53,650 nucleotides of DNA, from positions 1 through 53,650 of IMG/VR virus record IMGVR_UViG_3300025009_000135; one strand, 5' to 3'. Within the stretch, counting starts at the first letter, position 1, and each line of letters begins with the position of its first letter. The stretch comes from a virus (taxonomy: Duplodnaviria > Caudoviricetes). Shown here piece after piece: positions 17,002 through 26,696 of the stretch. Made by a program: the position numbers and the translations under genes. The notes below the pieces were generated by a model that ran no database searches, was not told where the DNA came from, and saw nothing but the letters and a program-made list of their open reading frames with translations.

Positions 17002-18458
17002 CCGCCCTCCGCCCCTACCAAAACGAAGCCCGCTATCAGGTGAACACGCTCCTGAACGCGGGCCGTCATCCCATTGTCGCCATCCCAACAGGCACCGGAA
17101 AAACAAAAACCGCCGTCCAGATTATCGCCGATCAAATCAGCCTCGGCCGCCGCGTATGGGTGCTCGTGCCTTCGGTCGAAATCCATTCCCAGTGGGTAGT
17201 CGAATCCACCATCGCCAACCTCAACCCCGGCACCATCGATCAAGACGGCGTCAAAGGCCGCGACCGTGGCGTCTATATCTGCATGCCCCTGTCGCTTATT
17301 AACATTTTATCACGTATCCCTGAATCCATATACCCAGATGTTATCATCATCGACGAAGCCCACCATTCCGCCGCCGATACTTGGGAGGTGATTTTCCGAT
17401 TTTTTCCGCACGCCGTCCGCCTTGGTTTGACCGCCACCCCGCGCCGTACCGACCGCCGCCCACTCGCCCCGTACTATGACGATATCGTCCAAACCATCAC
17501 CATGGCCGAAGCCGTCTCCGCCGGATACCTTGCCCGCCCCTTGTGCATCGTCCCGAAGCAATACCATCTCGACGTTTCAATCAAAGACGGCGACTACGAC
17601 CCCGCCGAGCAAGCCCGCCTATTGGGCGAACCTCAAATTATCGGCGACGTGCTCGGATCATACCGCGACATTTTCGCCGGGCTCCCCGTCCTTGTGGCGT
17701 GTTCGACGTTTGAGCATGCAAATATGATGACCGCCGAATTCCGCAAAGCCGGTTGGAAATGGGCGCATATCCATTCCAAGCTTCCAGACGCCGAGCGAAA
17801 AAGAATGCTCCGCGATATCCGCGCTGGAAAATTGAATGGCCTTTGTACCGTAGGCATCGGCATCGAAGGCATGGACATCCCCGGCCTTTATGGCCTCATC
17901 TGGCTACGGCGCACCCTGGCCCTAACCATCTATCTGCAATTTGTTGGCCGCGTTCTCCGCCCCATGCCAGGCAAAAAATATGGCGTCATCCTCGACCCCG
18001 TAGGCAATCTTTTTATCCACGGCTTCCCCGAATCAGATCGCGTATGGACACTCGAAGGCATCAACCCTCCCGACCCCGACCAAGCCGCGCCAGCCATGAA
18101 AGAATGCCCATTCTGTGGCACGTACAATGCCACCGCGAATGAAGTCTGCCATTTTTGTGGCCGCGTAATAGTTGGTGAAGATGCGGAGGCGGCCCGGCGC
18201 GACAAGAACCAGCGCCACCTACCGGCTATGGTCGATGGCGAATTGGTTGCGGTCACGTCGGACGGCATGGCGCAATCTTTGTCCGACCGTGCCGAAAAAA
18301 TCCGCATGGAAAGCGCCGATGAACTGGCCCGCGAGGACGAACGAAAAGAGCATCCGCCCGAGGTGTTGACGCGCAATGCAAAGCAGGATATACTACGTGT
18401 CGGGTTGTTTGCGAATCGGCGCCCGTTGTTCCGTGAGGCGCTGGAGAATTTGAAGTAA
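16998..18458 (+). CDS. SF2 (DEAH) helicase with C-terminal Zn ribbon
   Basis: PTGTGKT, DEAHH, TATP, QFVGRVLR, CPFC..CHFC. Confidence 0.92.
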   Translation: MTALRPYQNEARYQVNTLLNAGRHPIVAIPTGTGKTKTAVQIIADQISLGRRVWVLVPSVEIHSQWVVESTIANLNPGTIDQDGVKGRDRGVYICMPLSLINILSRIPESIYPDVIIIDEAHHSAADTWEVIFRFFPHAVRLGLTATPRRTDRRPLAPYYDDIVQTITMAEAVSAGYLARPLCIVPKQYHLDVSIKDGDYDPAEQARLLGEPQIIGDVLGSYRDIFAGLPVLVACSTFEHANMMTAEFRKAGWKWAHIHSKLPDAERKRMLRDIRAGKLNGLCTVGIGIEGMDIPGLYGLIWLRRTLALTIYLQFVGRVLRPMPGKKYGVILDPVGNLFIHGFPESDRVWTLEGINPPDPDQAAPAMKECPFCGTYNATANEVCHFCGRVIVGEDAEAARRDKNQRHLPAMVDGELVAVTSDGMAQSLSDRAEKIRMESADELAREDERKEHPPEVLTRNAKQDILRVGLFANRRPLFREALENLK

Positions 18459-18472
18459 GGAGGCCCGAAGCC

Positions 18473-18742
18473 ATGAAGATCGAAATCGAAGTATCCGACA
18501 AAAACGAAGCCACCGCTGAGCCGTGGTGGGTAATTGTAGACCCGAAGCAAATGATGGCTCCCGATCCATATGCCGTCATGATGAGCATGGTGACAGGCCC
18601 GTTTTTTAGCAGGGAAGAAGCGAGGGCTGTACTTGAAGCAAGGCGCCATCATTACTCCCCGCGCGCCGTCGTCTATTGCGCGTCAGGATGCTATACCACG
18701 CAGTACCGCAAAGCATGCCGCGAGGCCGAGGAAAAGGCCTAG
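18473..18742 (+). CDS. hypothetical protein
   Basis: AAGGAGG RBS. Confidence 0.65.
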   Translation: MKIEIEVSDKNEATAEPWWVIVDPKQMMAPDPYAVMMSMVTGPFFSREEARAVLEARRHHYSPRAVVYCASGCYTTQYRKACREAEEKA

Positions 18743-18765
18743 CTGTCGTCAAAGGAGGCCCCCAA

Positions 18766-18951
18766 ATGTTCACCCGCTCCATAACCCCAACGTGCCCGAA
18801 ATGTGGCAAAAAGTTCACTATTGAATTGCTCAACGCCGAGCGTGAAATCTTGGCATTAAAGCGGGAGATATCCGACCTCAGGGCGAGGCTTGCGGCGATG
18901 TCGCAAGATTGTGGATCGCTTGACGACTTAAAGAAAATGTTTGGAATGTAA
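18766..18951 (+). CDS. small CxxC/coiled-coil protein
   Basis: AAGGAGG RBS; CPKCG. Confidence 0.55.
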   Translation: MFTRSITPTCPKCGKKFTIELLNAEREILALKREISDLRARLAAMSQDCGSLDDLKKMFGM

Positions 18952-18963
18952 GGAGGCCAAAGA

Positions 18964-19161
18964 ATGATATGCCCATGCTGTAAATATGATGAGGAGTTTT
19001 CGCCGACACACAACAAACCCTTCATCGAAATTATCCACCTCGAACGCGGTCCGCTTGTCGCCTCAAGGGGATATGATGGTCAAGCGATATGGTCAGGAAC
19101 TCCCGTCAAAGCATGGATGTGCCCGAAGTGTGGTGTGGTGTTTGGGGAGGTGCAATCGTGA
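18964..19161 (+). CDS. small Zn-ribbon protein
   Basis: AAGGAGG RBS; CPCC...CPKCG. Confidence 0.6.
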   Translation: MICPCCKYDEEFSPTHNKPFIEIIHLERGPLVASRGYDGQAIWSGTPVKAWMCPKCGVVFGEVQS

Positions 19162-19454
19162 CCCTACAGGAAAAAATCATCGACTACTACCGCGCCGGAT
19201 ATTCTCAGCGCTCCGACTCCGGCGACTGGACACTACCCAAATACCTACCATCAAAGGTGCGCCTACCTAAAACAGTCCGTAGCGATTCGTTCGGATTCTT
19301 GCCCGAAATCATAGCTCCACCCGGAGACTACGAAACGACAAGCAATAAATACGGCGCGGTATGCGTAATCGTCGGCGATAAAAAACTTGGCGTAAAACCG
19401 GGAGAATTTGAAATACTGGAAATGGTCGAGAATCCCGCGAGGAAGCCGCTTTGA
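19158..19454 (+). CDS. hypothetical protein
   Basis: GGAGG RBS, GTGA overlap. Confidence 0.6.
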   Translation: MTLQEKIIDYYRAGYSQRSDSGDWTLPKYLPSKVRLPKTVRSDSFGFLPEIIAPPGDYETTSNKYGAVCVIVGDKKLGVKPGEFEILEMVENPARKPL

Positions 19455-20665
19455 CCCCTTACTGGTACATCCAAAACGACTTTATCGAAAAGCGCTCTCG
19501 CCGTGTCGGTGCCTCCGATGTCGCCGCCTTGATCCCGAACCCAGAGCGCCCCAACGAATCGCTATCCGGATACGAACGCACCGCAGTGACCGTATGGGAA
19601 GAAAAAACCGGCCGCCGAGCGCCGTCGTCTGTCGGCCTTCCGGCGGAAATGGGACACTGGAATGAAGTCAAAGCAATTGAGTTATTCATCCGTGATATCG
19701 ACGCACCCATGTCTCGCGAATATGCCCTCGAGCGCTTGCGGTACGAAATGCTTCTAGAGCAAGATCCCCGCCGCCGCCCGAGGTCATATCAGTCCACGCC
19801 GTTTAAGCATAACGCCCAATGGTACAATGACGATTTTATCGTGCATCCGGATGGGGTGTATGAGCCGTCGGGAAGCGGGATAAAGTGGGAGGCGTTTGAC
19901 GAGGCCGGGATATTAAAAGCCCACGGATACGCCGTCGACCTGTCAGCCCCTTTCCTAATCGAAGCCAAAACTGCCAGCTACTGGTCAGCCAAGCGCCGCA
20001 ACGGTTCCCTCGTATCAGGCTATGACTTCGACCTCCGCACATGGCAAGGAATTCCCCTCAAGCATTTCGTGCAAATCCAATTCCAGCTCGCATGTCTCGA
20101 TGTCGAAGTCTGTTACCTCCCGCTACTATACGACTCGGCAAGTTTCCACGTATGGGAAATTCGCCGCGATCGCAAAACAGGCGATAGCCTTATCGACCTG
20201 GCCGGCCGCATGGCGTGGCATATCAAACACGACGAGCCGCCTAAAGAAATGGCCATGAACGCCGTCGACATCGCCGCGCTCTATCCCACCCTCACAGACG
20301 ACTTCCGTATGCTCCCTGAAGATGCCACCGATGCCGCAATCGACGCCGCCAGAAAATACCGCCGAGCTAAGGCCCAAGAAAAAGCCTGGAAGCAAAAAGC
20401 CGAGGACGCCTCGGATGCCCTTGCCTGCTACCTCAAGGATACAAAAGAAATCCGCGTTTTGCGTGATGGCGAGATTGTGCCGATTGCAAAATGGATCGAG
20501 AAGAAAGGCTCCGAGCGCATCATGGGCCTTAAGGAAATAAAAGCCTTGACCGATGGCGACAAATTGTGCGATACTCTGCGCGATGCCGGAGCAATCAAAA
20601 CCAGCGAAGCAAGCCGATACGTCGGCGTAATGTTGAAAGATGATGAAGAGGAGGAAGAGGAATGA
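19451..20665 (+). CDS. YqaJ/lambda-exonuclease-like recombination nuclease
   Basis: RVGASDVAAL, GHWNE, HPDG, IEAKT, QIQFQL. Confidence 0.8.
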   Translation: MTPYWYIQNDFIEKRSRRVGASDVAALIPNPERPNESLSGYERTAVTVWEEKTGRRAPSSVGLPAEMGHWNEVKAIELFIRDIDAPMSREYALERLRYEMLLEQDPRRRPRSYQSTPFKHNAQWYNDDFIVHPDGVYEPSGSGIKWEAFDEAGILKAHGYAVDLSAPFLIEAKTASYWSAKRRNGSLVSGYDFDLRTWQGIPLKHFVQIQFQLACLDVEVCYLPLLYDSASFHVWEIRRDRKTGDSLIDLAGRMAWHIKHDEPPKEMAMNAVDIAALYPTLTDDFRMLPEDATDAAIDAARKYRRAKAQEKAWKQKAEDASDALACYLKDTKEIRVLRDGEIVPIAKWIEKKGSERIMGLKEIKALTDGDKLCDTLRDAGAIKTSEASRYVGVMLKDDEEEEEE

Positions 20666-21114
20666 GCGATAAAGCAGAAACGGTATGCCCGACGTGTCAT
20701 GGCAAAGGGCGCATAGAAGCGAATGGCAATCAGTTCCAGGGTAATTGGCACGATATGCCATCAGGATCAACCAATGGCCCAAACAGCTACTTCCCGAGTG
20801 GTTGTATTCCGGGAGGCCCGCATAGGCACGCCATCCCGGATGTCTATCTAGGAACCGTAGTCGGCTACCCACGTACCGCCGCCCACGTCAAAACATGGCT
20901 TGACGAGTGCGCTATGATGGCAATGGGTGGATTGATCGAATCGGCGTTTACTCACATGACAGAAGAGACGGAACGAGGCAAGCCCATGACGCCTGGAGCA
21001 GTTGCGATATGCGAAGAAATAGGAAAGACCGCCTACGTCATCGCCGAAAAAATGCTTGCCGAAAAGCTCCGCCGAGAGAATGAAGCCGCTGAAGGCCAGA
21101 AAGGAAAGGAATGA
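20662..21114 (+). CDS. hypothetical protein (N-terminal CPTCHGKG)
   Basis: ATGA-coupled ORF. Confidence 0.55.
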   Translation: MSDKAETVCPTCHGKGRIEANGNQFQGNWHDMPSGSTNGPNSYFPSGCIPGGPHRHAIPDVYLGTVVGYPRTAAHVKTWLDECAMMAMGGLIESAFTHMTEETERGKPMTPGAVAICEEIGKTAYVIAEKMLAEKLRRENEAAEGQKGKE

Positions 21115-21362
21115 TGATAACGAAAGAAGAATTATTCGACGAGATTGAAATTGACGAAGGCGACGCGGTATTTGTCGTCGTCCAACACAAGAAGCGCCAA
21201 ACGATGCAACGTTTTGCCTTCGGTCATGACGCCATCTCCCTTATTGGCTTGCTTGCCTACCTGCAAGATGATGTCATTCGCCAGATACGCGGCGAGATAA
21301 AAGCAGATATAAAAACAGTGAGCCGCACCGTGTTGGTAGAAAAAACCGAGGAAGAATCATGA
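21111..21362 (+). CDS. hypothetical protein
   Basis: Coupled ORF. Confidence 0.6.
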   Translation: MMITKEELFDEIEIDEGDAVFVVVQHKKRQTMQRFAFGHDAISLIGLLAYLQDDVIRQIRGEIKADIKTVSRTVLVEKTEEES

Positions 21363-21586
21363 AACTATCCACCACGCAAACCCTCGGCCCGCTAGTCATC
21401 GAAGCCGGATATTTTTCCGGCAACAATATTACCGGCCCCAGTGCCACGATTCTCGAATACCTTGAAGGCGTCGGATGCCATGGGTATTGCCATGGGTATC
21501 TTGTGCTGTTTTCGGTGTCAATCTTGCGCGTCGTGCTGTCGGTCGGAATTGATTTTGACTGGAAGAGAAACAAAGAGGGGAAGTGA
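21359..21586 (+). CDS. hypothetical protein
   Basis: Coupled ORF ending NKEGK. Confidence 0.5.
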   Translation: MKLSTTQTLGPLVIEAGYFSGNNITGPSATILEYLEGVGCHGYCHGYLVLFSVSILRVVLSVGIDFDWKRNKEGK

Positions 21587-21771
21587 AAAAAATCATCGCT
21601 TATTATTTCTGGCTTGCATTTTCCTATTGCGTCGTAGCCGGTCCCGCGTGGCGATTTGTTCTAGGCGCTAGTTTTCCGATATGGAAATTAGTTGTAATAG
21701 GAATATTGCAGTCTACTATAATCATGGTTCAAATGGTTTTGTTCGGTGGAAAAAACAAGGAGGGGAAGTGA
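21583..21771 (+). CDS. small two-TM membrane protein
   Basis: Two hydrophobic segments; flanked by a 22-bp junction repeat; ends NKEGK. Confidence 0.6.
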   Translation: MKKIIAYYFWLAFSYCVVAGPAWRFVLGASFPIWKLVVIGILQSTIIMVQMVLFGGKNKEGK

Positions 21772-21992
21772 AAACGTGCGAAACATGCAAATTCCTACAA
21801 ATAAAACCAGCACGCGAATGGGTTGAAGTTCCGTGCAAAGGTTTTTGGGGTAAACTTGGAATGACAGATTATGAAATAATCGCCAGCAATACGGAAGTGG
21901 AATACTTTTGCATGGCGCTTCCTGAAAAAACCTACGTCTACAAAAAGGATCGCCAAGAATGCTCTATGTACAAGGAGGCAACCCCAAAATGA
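21768..21992 (+). CDS. small Cys-rich protein
   Basis: KTCETC...C...C; GTGA overlap. Confidence 0.55.
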   Translation: MKTCETCKFLQIKPAREWVEVPCKGFWGKLGMTDYEIIASNTEVEYFCMALPEKTYVYKKDRQECSMYKEATPK

Positions 21993-23290
21993 CCAACCCC
22001 ACCCGTACCTGTTGCGGCTTCGTAGTCAAATCCGGCAAGAGCATTCGCCCCGATGGCGCCGTCGTGTTCGGCTACTATTGCGATTCATGCGGCCGAAAAG
22101 GATACGGCGATTCTCCCGCCGAAGCCGCCGCAGCATTTGACGCCTCACGCCCCACCGCCCCCACCGTCAACAAAATCGCCCCACCCCGCCCACTTGTCAA
22201 TGCCGCAGACCTCGCGGCTTGCATTGCCGACCGCTCGTCAGAAATCGCTAGCATAGCCGCCCCGTTTGTCAAAGCCGACCGCCCCGCCTTTGCCCTCATG
22301 GTCAAGAAAACTACGCGCTACGTCATGGGCCTGTCCGGTGACAGCTGGGCGAAGGTATGGGCAACCCCCGAAGGCCGTGACTCAATCATCGCCGCCATGG
22401 AAGAAGCCTTTCAGCTTGGCGCCACGTTGCCGGACATGGGATGCATGGTTCCATTTGGAGGCATTGCCGAATTCATACCCGACGTGGAAGCGTACCGATT
22501 TGCAGTCACTACCGGCGCGTCGGCTCCGTTCTTGTCGCTGGAAATTGAGCCGATATTTAAAAACGACAAGTACCACATAACCCGCAAGGAAGGAGACTTT
22601 TCTATTACATTCGACTCCATCCTTGCCTCAAGAGGCGACGTGATCGCGGTCGCGGTCTATGGCGCGCATCGGTCGGGAAAAACGCTTGGTGAGGTATACC
22701 CCGTCGACCGCCTCGTCGAAAAAGCCCGCGTTCATTCGCAATCATACCGTACCTACCTTCAGGACGTAGCAGCGTTTGAATCGGCAAAGGTGGAGGGCAA
22801 GCTCAAGAAACAGGATGGCCGCGAGTACGTCGAGAAGGCAATCCCAAAGCGCGACGGAGGAACGTGGAACAAGCGCATCTATCTTGACGAACTGACCAAC
22901 CCCTACGACGGCGCCGACCGCCCCGAAATGCTCCGCAAGCTGGCGGGGAAATCATTCCTCGCCCCGTACATCAAAACGCGCAATTCCACCGCCGCGATAA
23001 ACGAACTGCAAGAAGATGATGACGTATCCGCCATGCTCGACGCCGCGCTCGATCAAGCTTTCGACGCTATGCCCGCCGACCGACCGACCGACGACCCGCA
23101 CCCCGAGGACAAGCGCCAATCGTCCCGCCACGCAATCCCAGAGCCAAATGACGATCTTGCTCCTCCGCCTGCTGCCCTTCCATCCGAGAAGCCCGATCTA
23201 GTCACGCGCAAAAAGCCAGACACAAAGGAGGAGCTCTCCGCCGATTCCAAGGAGCCGCCCGCCGACGGAGAGGAGAACGTCTTATTCTAA
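21989..23290 (+). CDS. RecT/Redbeta-like single-strand annealing protein (divergent) with N-terminal Cys motif
   Basis: Downstream of the YqaJ-like gene; GDVIAVAVY, PEMLRK motifs; acidic disordered tail. Confidence 0.55.
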   Translation: MTNPTRTCCGFVVKSGKSIRPDGAVVFGYYCDSCGRKGYGDSPAEAAAAFDASRPTAPTVNKIAPPRPLVNAADLAACIADRSSEIASIAAPFVKADRPAFALMVKKTTRYVMGLSGDSWAKVWATPEGRDSIIAAMEEAFQLGATLPDMGCMVPFGGIAEFIPDVEAYRFAVTTGASAPFLSLEIEPIFKNDKYHITRKEGDFSITFDSILASRGDVIAVAVYGAHRSGKTLGEVYPVDRLVEKARVHSQSYRTYLQDVAAFESAKVEGKLKKQDGREYVEKAIPKRDGGTWNKRIYLDELTNPYDGADRPEMLRKLAGKSFLAPYIKTRNSTAAINELQEDDDVSAMLDAALDQAFDAMPADRPTDDPHPEDKRQSSRHAIPEPNDDLAPPPAALPSEKPDLVTRKKPDTKEELSADSKEPPADGEENVLF

Positions 23291-24030
23291 CCGCCACCAG
23301 ACGAATTGCTACAATCTGTCTTACTGCTATCCTAGCGGCGTGCGCGCAACCATCAGGATACCTAGTCGTCGAAATTGCAACCGAAAGCATATCCGTTTCG
23401 CAAAACGCGCCAGAAGAAGATCCAGAAAAGCCGACCCCAGAATCAGCGCCGGAATCTCCGGCAGAAAGAGAGATACCAATGATCAAGCCGATCCCAGTCT
23501 ACCCCGCCTATATCGTCGAAGGCGCTACCCTGTGGGGCGTTCCGTCAACCTTGCAAGGAACTAGCCATCGAGAACGCATCGAAGTACAAATTGAAGATGG
23601 AACGCCGCCGCCTGGCGCTATGACATTTTCAATCGTTGGCGGATACCTGTATTTGTACATCGATCAAAGAACCGAAACCGAAACGATTATCGATTGCTAC
23701 CGTCAAGCCCTCGGCACCCTTACGGTAGAAATCGTTAACGATGTCCCAATATGGCCCGCCGAATCTCGCGTCGTGCTGGACTCCCCCGCATGGCTCATCG
23801 AAACGTCAACCATCAACGGCGTCGAATGGTCATATATCTATAACCGCTCGCCGGTATTTGATGAGCCTGCTCCGGTACCAAAGGGCCATTTCGTATGCCG
23901 CCGCGAGATGGCAAGCGCGTTCGTCGTGCTGGATAATGGGCTACTGTGGCAAAGCGAGCAGGGGATCGAGTTTTGCAATACGGCTCGGAAGGGTGCGTCG
24001 GTGGTTTGTGAGGGGAGGTTGTGGAAATAG
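23284..24030 (+). CDS. putative lipoprotein, proposed AUU start (ORF track starts at 23479)
   Basis: In-frame upstream RRIATICLTAILAAC lipobox; AGGAG 8 nt before ATT. Confidence 0.55.
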   Translation: MLTATRRIATICLTAILAACAQPSGYLVVEIATESISVSQNAPEEDPEKPTPESAPESPAEREIPMIKPIPVYPAYIVEGATLWGVPSTLQGTSHRERIEVQIEDGTPPPGAMTFSIVGGYLYLYIDQRTETETIIDCYRQALGTLTVEIVNDVPIWPAESRVVLDSPAWLIETSTINGVEWSYIYNRSPVFDEPAPVPKGHFVCRREMASAFVVLDNGLLWQSEQGIEFCNTARKGASVVCEGRLWK

Positions 24031-24047
24031 ACACCCGCTGCCTATAG

Positions 24048-24088
24048 AAAAACCCCGGAAGGCCGAAACCCTCCGGGGTATATTTTTG
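24048..24088. terminator. bidirectional intrinsic terminator where the two arms converge
   Basis: A run + ACCCCGGA..TCCGGGGT stem + T run. Confidence 0.8.
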
Positions 24089-24117
24089 TCCTACCCCCTA
24101 TCGGGTGTACTTGTCCG

Positions 24118-25113
24118 TTACGCCGCTACAAGAATCACGACATACGGAACGCCTACCGTGTACGACTGATCGCGGGTTTTTAGGCCGACGCGAGGGGTGC
24201 CGTTGGTGCCGTCGGATTCTGGAGCTTCTACCATGTTTGTAGTATATGTTTGCCCTGCTCCATATCTTACCGTTCCACTCGATGCCGCTACCGAAACTGG
24301 GAATCCATAAGATCCGCCCGATATGGAAGATGCAAGTCGCCCTGTATGGAAATGCCCCTGCGTCTGATCCGCTAACACCTCGCCCATCGCGTCAGCCTGC
24401 CCACCCGTTGCATCGATTCCCCTTGGCACCTTGCCACGAGCATCCGCCGCCGTCCTTGATCCGGTAGACCCCGGCATCCATACGCCCTTGAGATGCCACG
24501 CCTCCACAATCGTCGACAGCGCCCCTGAGCCAATCGCCTGCCCATCAAGGTGTACCAAATATGCGTTATAATTAGCCCCGCTCACCCCGCCGAAATTGTG
24601 CAAGCCTAGCGACAAATATTGCGAGTATGCCGCATTGTTAAAATCATGTAATGGCGACGAATCCCCAACGATTACTCGCCCCGAGGTGTGCGCCGCCAGT
24701 AGTTCCCGCTTGTCCGGTATCGCCATCCAGTACGTCGGTTCCGTCAGCGGGTCGTGATTCGTGTTGCTCGTCGACAGGTTGACAAACTGAATTCCATACC
24801 GCATGACGGTCGTGCCCTTGACAGTATACGCCGTCGCCGCCGACCATGCCGACACACCGCCAACGTATACCCCAGCAAGCTCCTCGATGGCCTGCAAAAA
24901 GTCGGAAGCCGTCTCGCTCTCGGCCGCATCAGAAAGTACGCCGCCGGTTTTGTACCGCTTGATTGTCGCCTCAAGAGCGTAGTAAAGATCGTTGCCCCAG
25001 TCGGCTACAACGCCCGAGCCGGTATCGTCGCCGGGATTGTCGCGTATTTTGCCCTCGGAAAATCCGGTAGTAGCGGCGTCGTAGTTTGAAAGAATGGTTG
25101 CTAGCTTTCTCAT
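24118..25113 (-). CDS. tail fibre protein (collar-like C-terminus)
   Basis: Last tail gene; AWSAATAY motif; DARGKVPRG...DQTQGHFH...GTPRVGLKTR collar/tip pattern. Confidence 0.75.
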   Translation of the reverse strand: MRKLATILSNYDAATTGFSEGKIRDNPGDDTGSGVVADWGNDLYYALEATIKRYKTGGVLSDAAESETASDFLQAIEELAGVYVGGVSAWSAATAYTVKGTTVMRYGIQFVNLSTSNTNHDPLTEPTYWMAIPDKRELLAAHTSGRVIVGDSSPLHDFNNAAYSQYLSLGLHNFGGVSGANYNAYLVHLDGQAIGSGALSTIVEAWHLKGVWMPGSTGSRTAADARGKVPRGIDATGGQADAMGEVLADQTQGHFHTGRLASSISGGSYGFPVSVAASSGTVRYGAGQTYTTNMVEAPESDGTNGTPRVGLKTRDQSYTVGVPYVVILVAA

Positions 25114-25122
25114 GTTGGCCTC

Positions 25123-25824
25123 CTAGTAGGTGATGGAAATTTTATACGAAGTAGAATCAGAAGAAGCGGTATAAAGGCTCATTGTTCCAAAATCTGGAGT
25201 AACGGTTCCATGATAGTAATCTACAGGTTGTACTCCAAATATTCTTATACTAGTGCTCGACATTCTTTCTGCATAAGAAAAAACAAATCCTAAATTTGTT
25301 CCAGTACTGGTTATTGCTATTCCGGTAACTCGAATCCTATCCCCTATAGTTGCAAGAACCGATGACAGCGCCGCATAAATCTGTGCCACGGTATACGTTC
25401 CGTGAAGATATCCATTAAACGCACTTATCTTTCCAGTACCAACGCCGACATGCACACTGTCCACAGTGTCAGCATTCACCGCATTAGTCGCATTCGTCGC
25501 TAGCGTCGCCGTCGCCGAATTCTTCCCCGTCAACTCCGCTGGTATCCGGTCAAGATGAATCGCCCCTGTCAACTGAGCGGCGTCGTGGAAATCGCTCGGA
25601 TCTTCACCAACAAGCGTATCCGCATCATCCGCATGATCAGCATCGGGCGCCTTGAACGCGGTGAACACCGCCGCCAATTTCGCCCACCATCCGGCCCCAA
25701 AGATGCCCGACCATAGCGCTTTTCTGGTTGCTCCAGTCTGTGATATTTCTATATACTCCGTCCCTGCAAGAGGGAGAGTTCCGCTTGTTAAATCCGGTAT
25801 GTCCTTATAAACAATTTCTGCCAT
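25123..25824 (-). CDS. tail fibre/receptor-binding protein
   Basis: ADDADTL and ATNATNAVNADTVD fibre repeats; AT-rich C-terminal domain. Confidence 0.65.
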   Translation of the reverse strand: MAEIVYKDIPDLTSGTLPLAGTEYIEISQTGATRKALWSGIFGAGWWAKLAAVFTAFKAPDADHADDADTLVGEDPSDFHDAAQLTGAIHLDRIPAELTGKNSATATLATNATNAVNADTVDSVHVGVGTGKISAFNGYLHGTYTVAQIYAALSSVLATIGDRIRVTGIAITSTGTNLGFVFSYAERMSSTSIRIFGVQPVDYYHGTVTPDFGTMSLYTASSDSTSYKISITY

Positions 25825-26669
25825 TATGCGCTCCTTGTGTCTCCGTCACTTGTACTTCGCGTGTCGCCATCGCTTGTAATTCTAATAACCCTCTGCGCCA
25901 CCTGAGCAACACACCACCGCCCAAGATACTTAATCGCCGTTACCAGCTTGATTAAATACTGCACCTGCTCTTCTGCAATAAAAAGCATCTCGTCAGCAGT
26001 CGCCAGTCGATCCGCAAAAGGTGACAAGAAAAACACCCCGCCCCATAATTGCGGGTCTGTGGGCAATCCTCTCAAAGCGGGCTGTGGATTCGTGTAGTTT
26101 TCGTTTGCCGTTCCGAATTGCGTCGATCCGCCGAATTGCGTCGATCCGCCAAATTGCGATGTCGAAGCAATGACCCGTGATCCCCGCCTGTTGGCGCTCG
26201 ATGTGATAAGCACTCCGGGCACCGTCGAAGGATCAATGCGGCTCGGCATTGTTCCCCATTGCGTCGTTTGATCAAATTGCACTGAACCGAACTGCGTTTC
26301 TTCTCCGGCAATTGGAACATTTTCAATCACGTATAGCGGAAATCCGGCAGCTTGAATCTGCTGCTGCAGCCATCCCGAACCACCGGAACCATACTGCGAC
26401 GCTCGTTCAACCAGTCGGGCCACTCGCTCGTCGTCGGTCAAATCGCCAAGCGATGCGATTCCATACTTCCCCTCAAGGTCGGAAAGCGTTTCGACGTCGG
26501 TTGCTGTAGATGGGACGGTTGCCGACTGGACTAGCCCCAAGTACTCCCATACCCGACCGAATTCGCGCGACAAGCCGGCCCAAAGCTTGCGAATGGTTGG
26601 CCCTCCAAGGATGCCACCGGCAAGCCCGATGCGGCGCATGGTTGTCGCTATGCTGTCACTTATTGCCAT
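25824..26669 (-). CDS. baseplate wedge protein (Mu gp48-like position) with QFG repeats
   Basis: Follows baseplate J; LSDLEGKYGI...ERVARL pattern. Confidence 0.6.
   Translation of the reverse strand: MAISDSIATTMRRIGLAGGILGGPTIRKLWAGLSREFGRVWEYLGLVQSATVPSTATDVETLSDLEGKYGIASLGDLTDDERVARLVERASQYGSGGSGWLQQQIQAAGFPLYVIENVPIAGEETQFGSVQFDQTTQWGTMPSRIDPSTVPGVLITSSANRRGSRVIASTSQFGGSTQFGGSTQFGTANENYTNPQPALRGLPTDPQLWGGVFFLSPFADRLATADEMLFIAEEQVQYLIKLVTAIKYLGRWCVAQVAQRVIRITSDGDTRSTSDGDTRSA
26113..26158. repeat. 18-bp tandem repeat (~2.5 copies) encoding QFGGSTQFGGSTQFG
   Basis: CCGAATTGCGTCGATCCG x2 + CCAAATTGCG. Confidence 0.85.
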
Positions 26670-26696
26670 CTCCGCGTCCTTCCTTGCGCCTCGTGG

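Noticed and set aside
18457-18960. Repeated AAGGAGGCC at 18457, 18752 and 18951
   Set aside because: Explained by strong Shine-Dalgarno sequences; too short to call a junction duplication
23205-23220. C AAA AAG as a -1 frameshift fusing the RecT-like protein to the lipoprotein frame
   Set aside because: Incomplete slippery heptamer, and a fusion would bury the signal peptide
24118-25824. Diversity-generating retroelement or invertible fibre cassette
   Set aside because: No reverse transcriptase or invertase, and no TR/VR-like repeat seen
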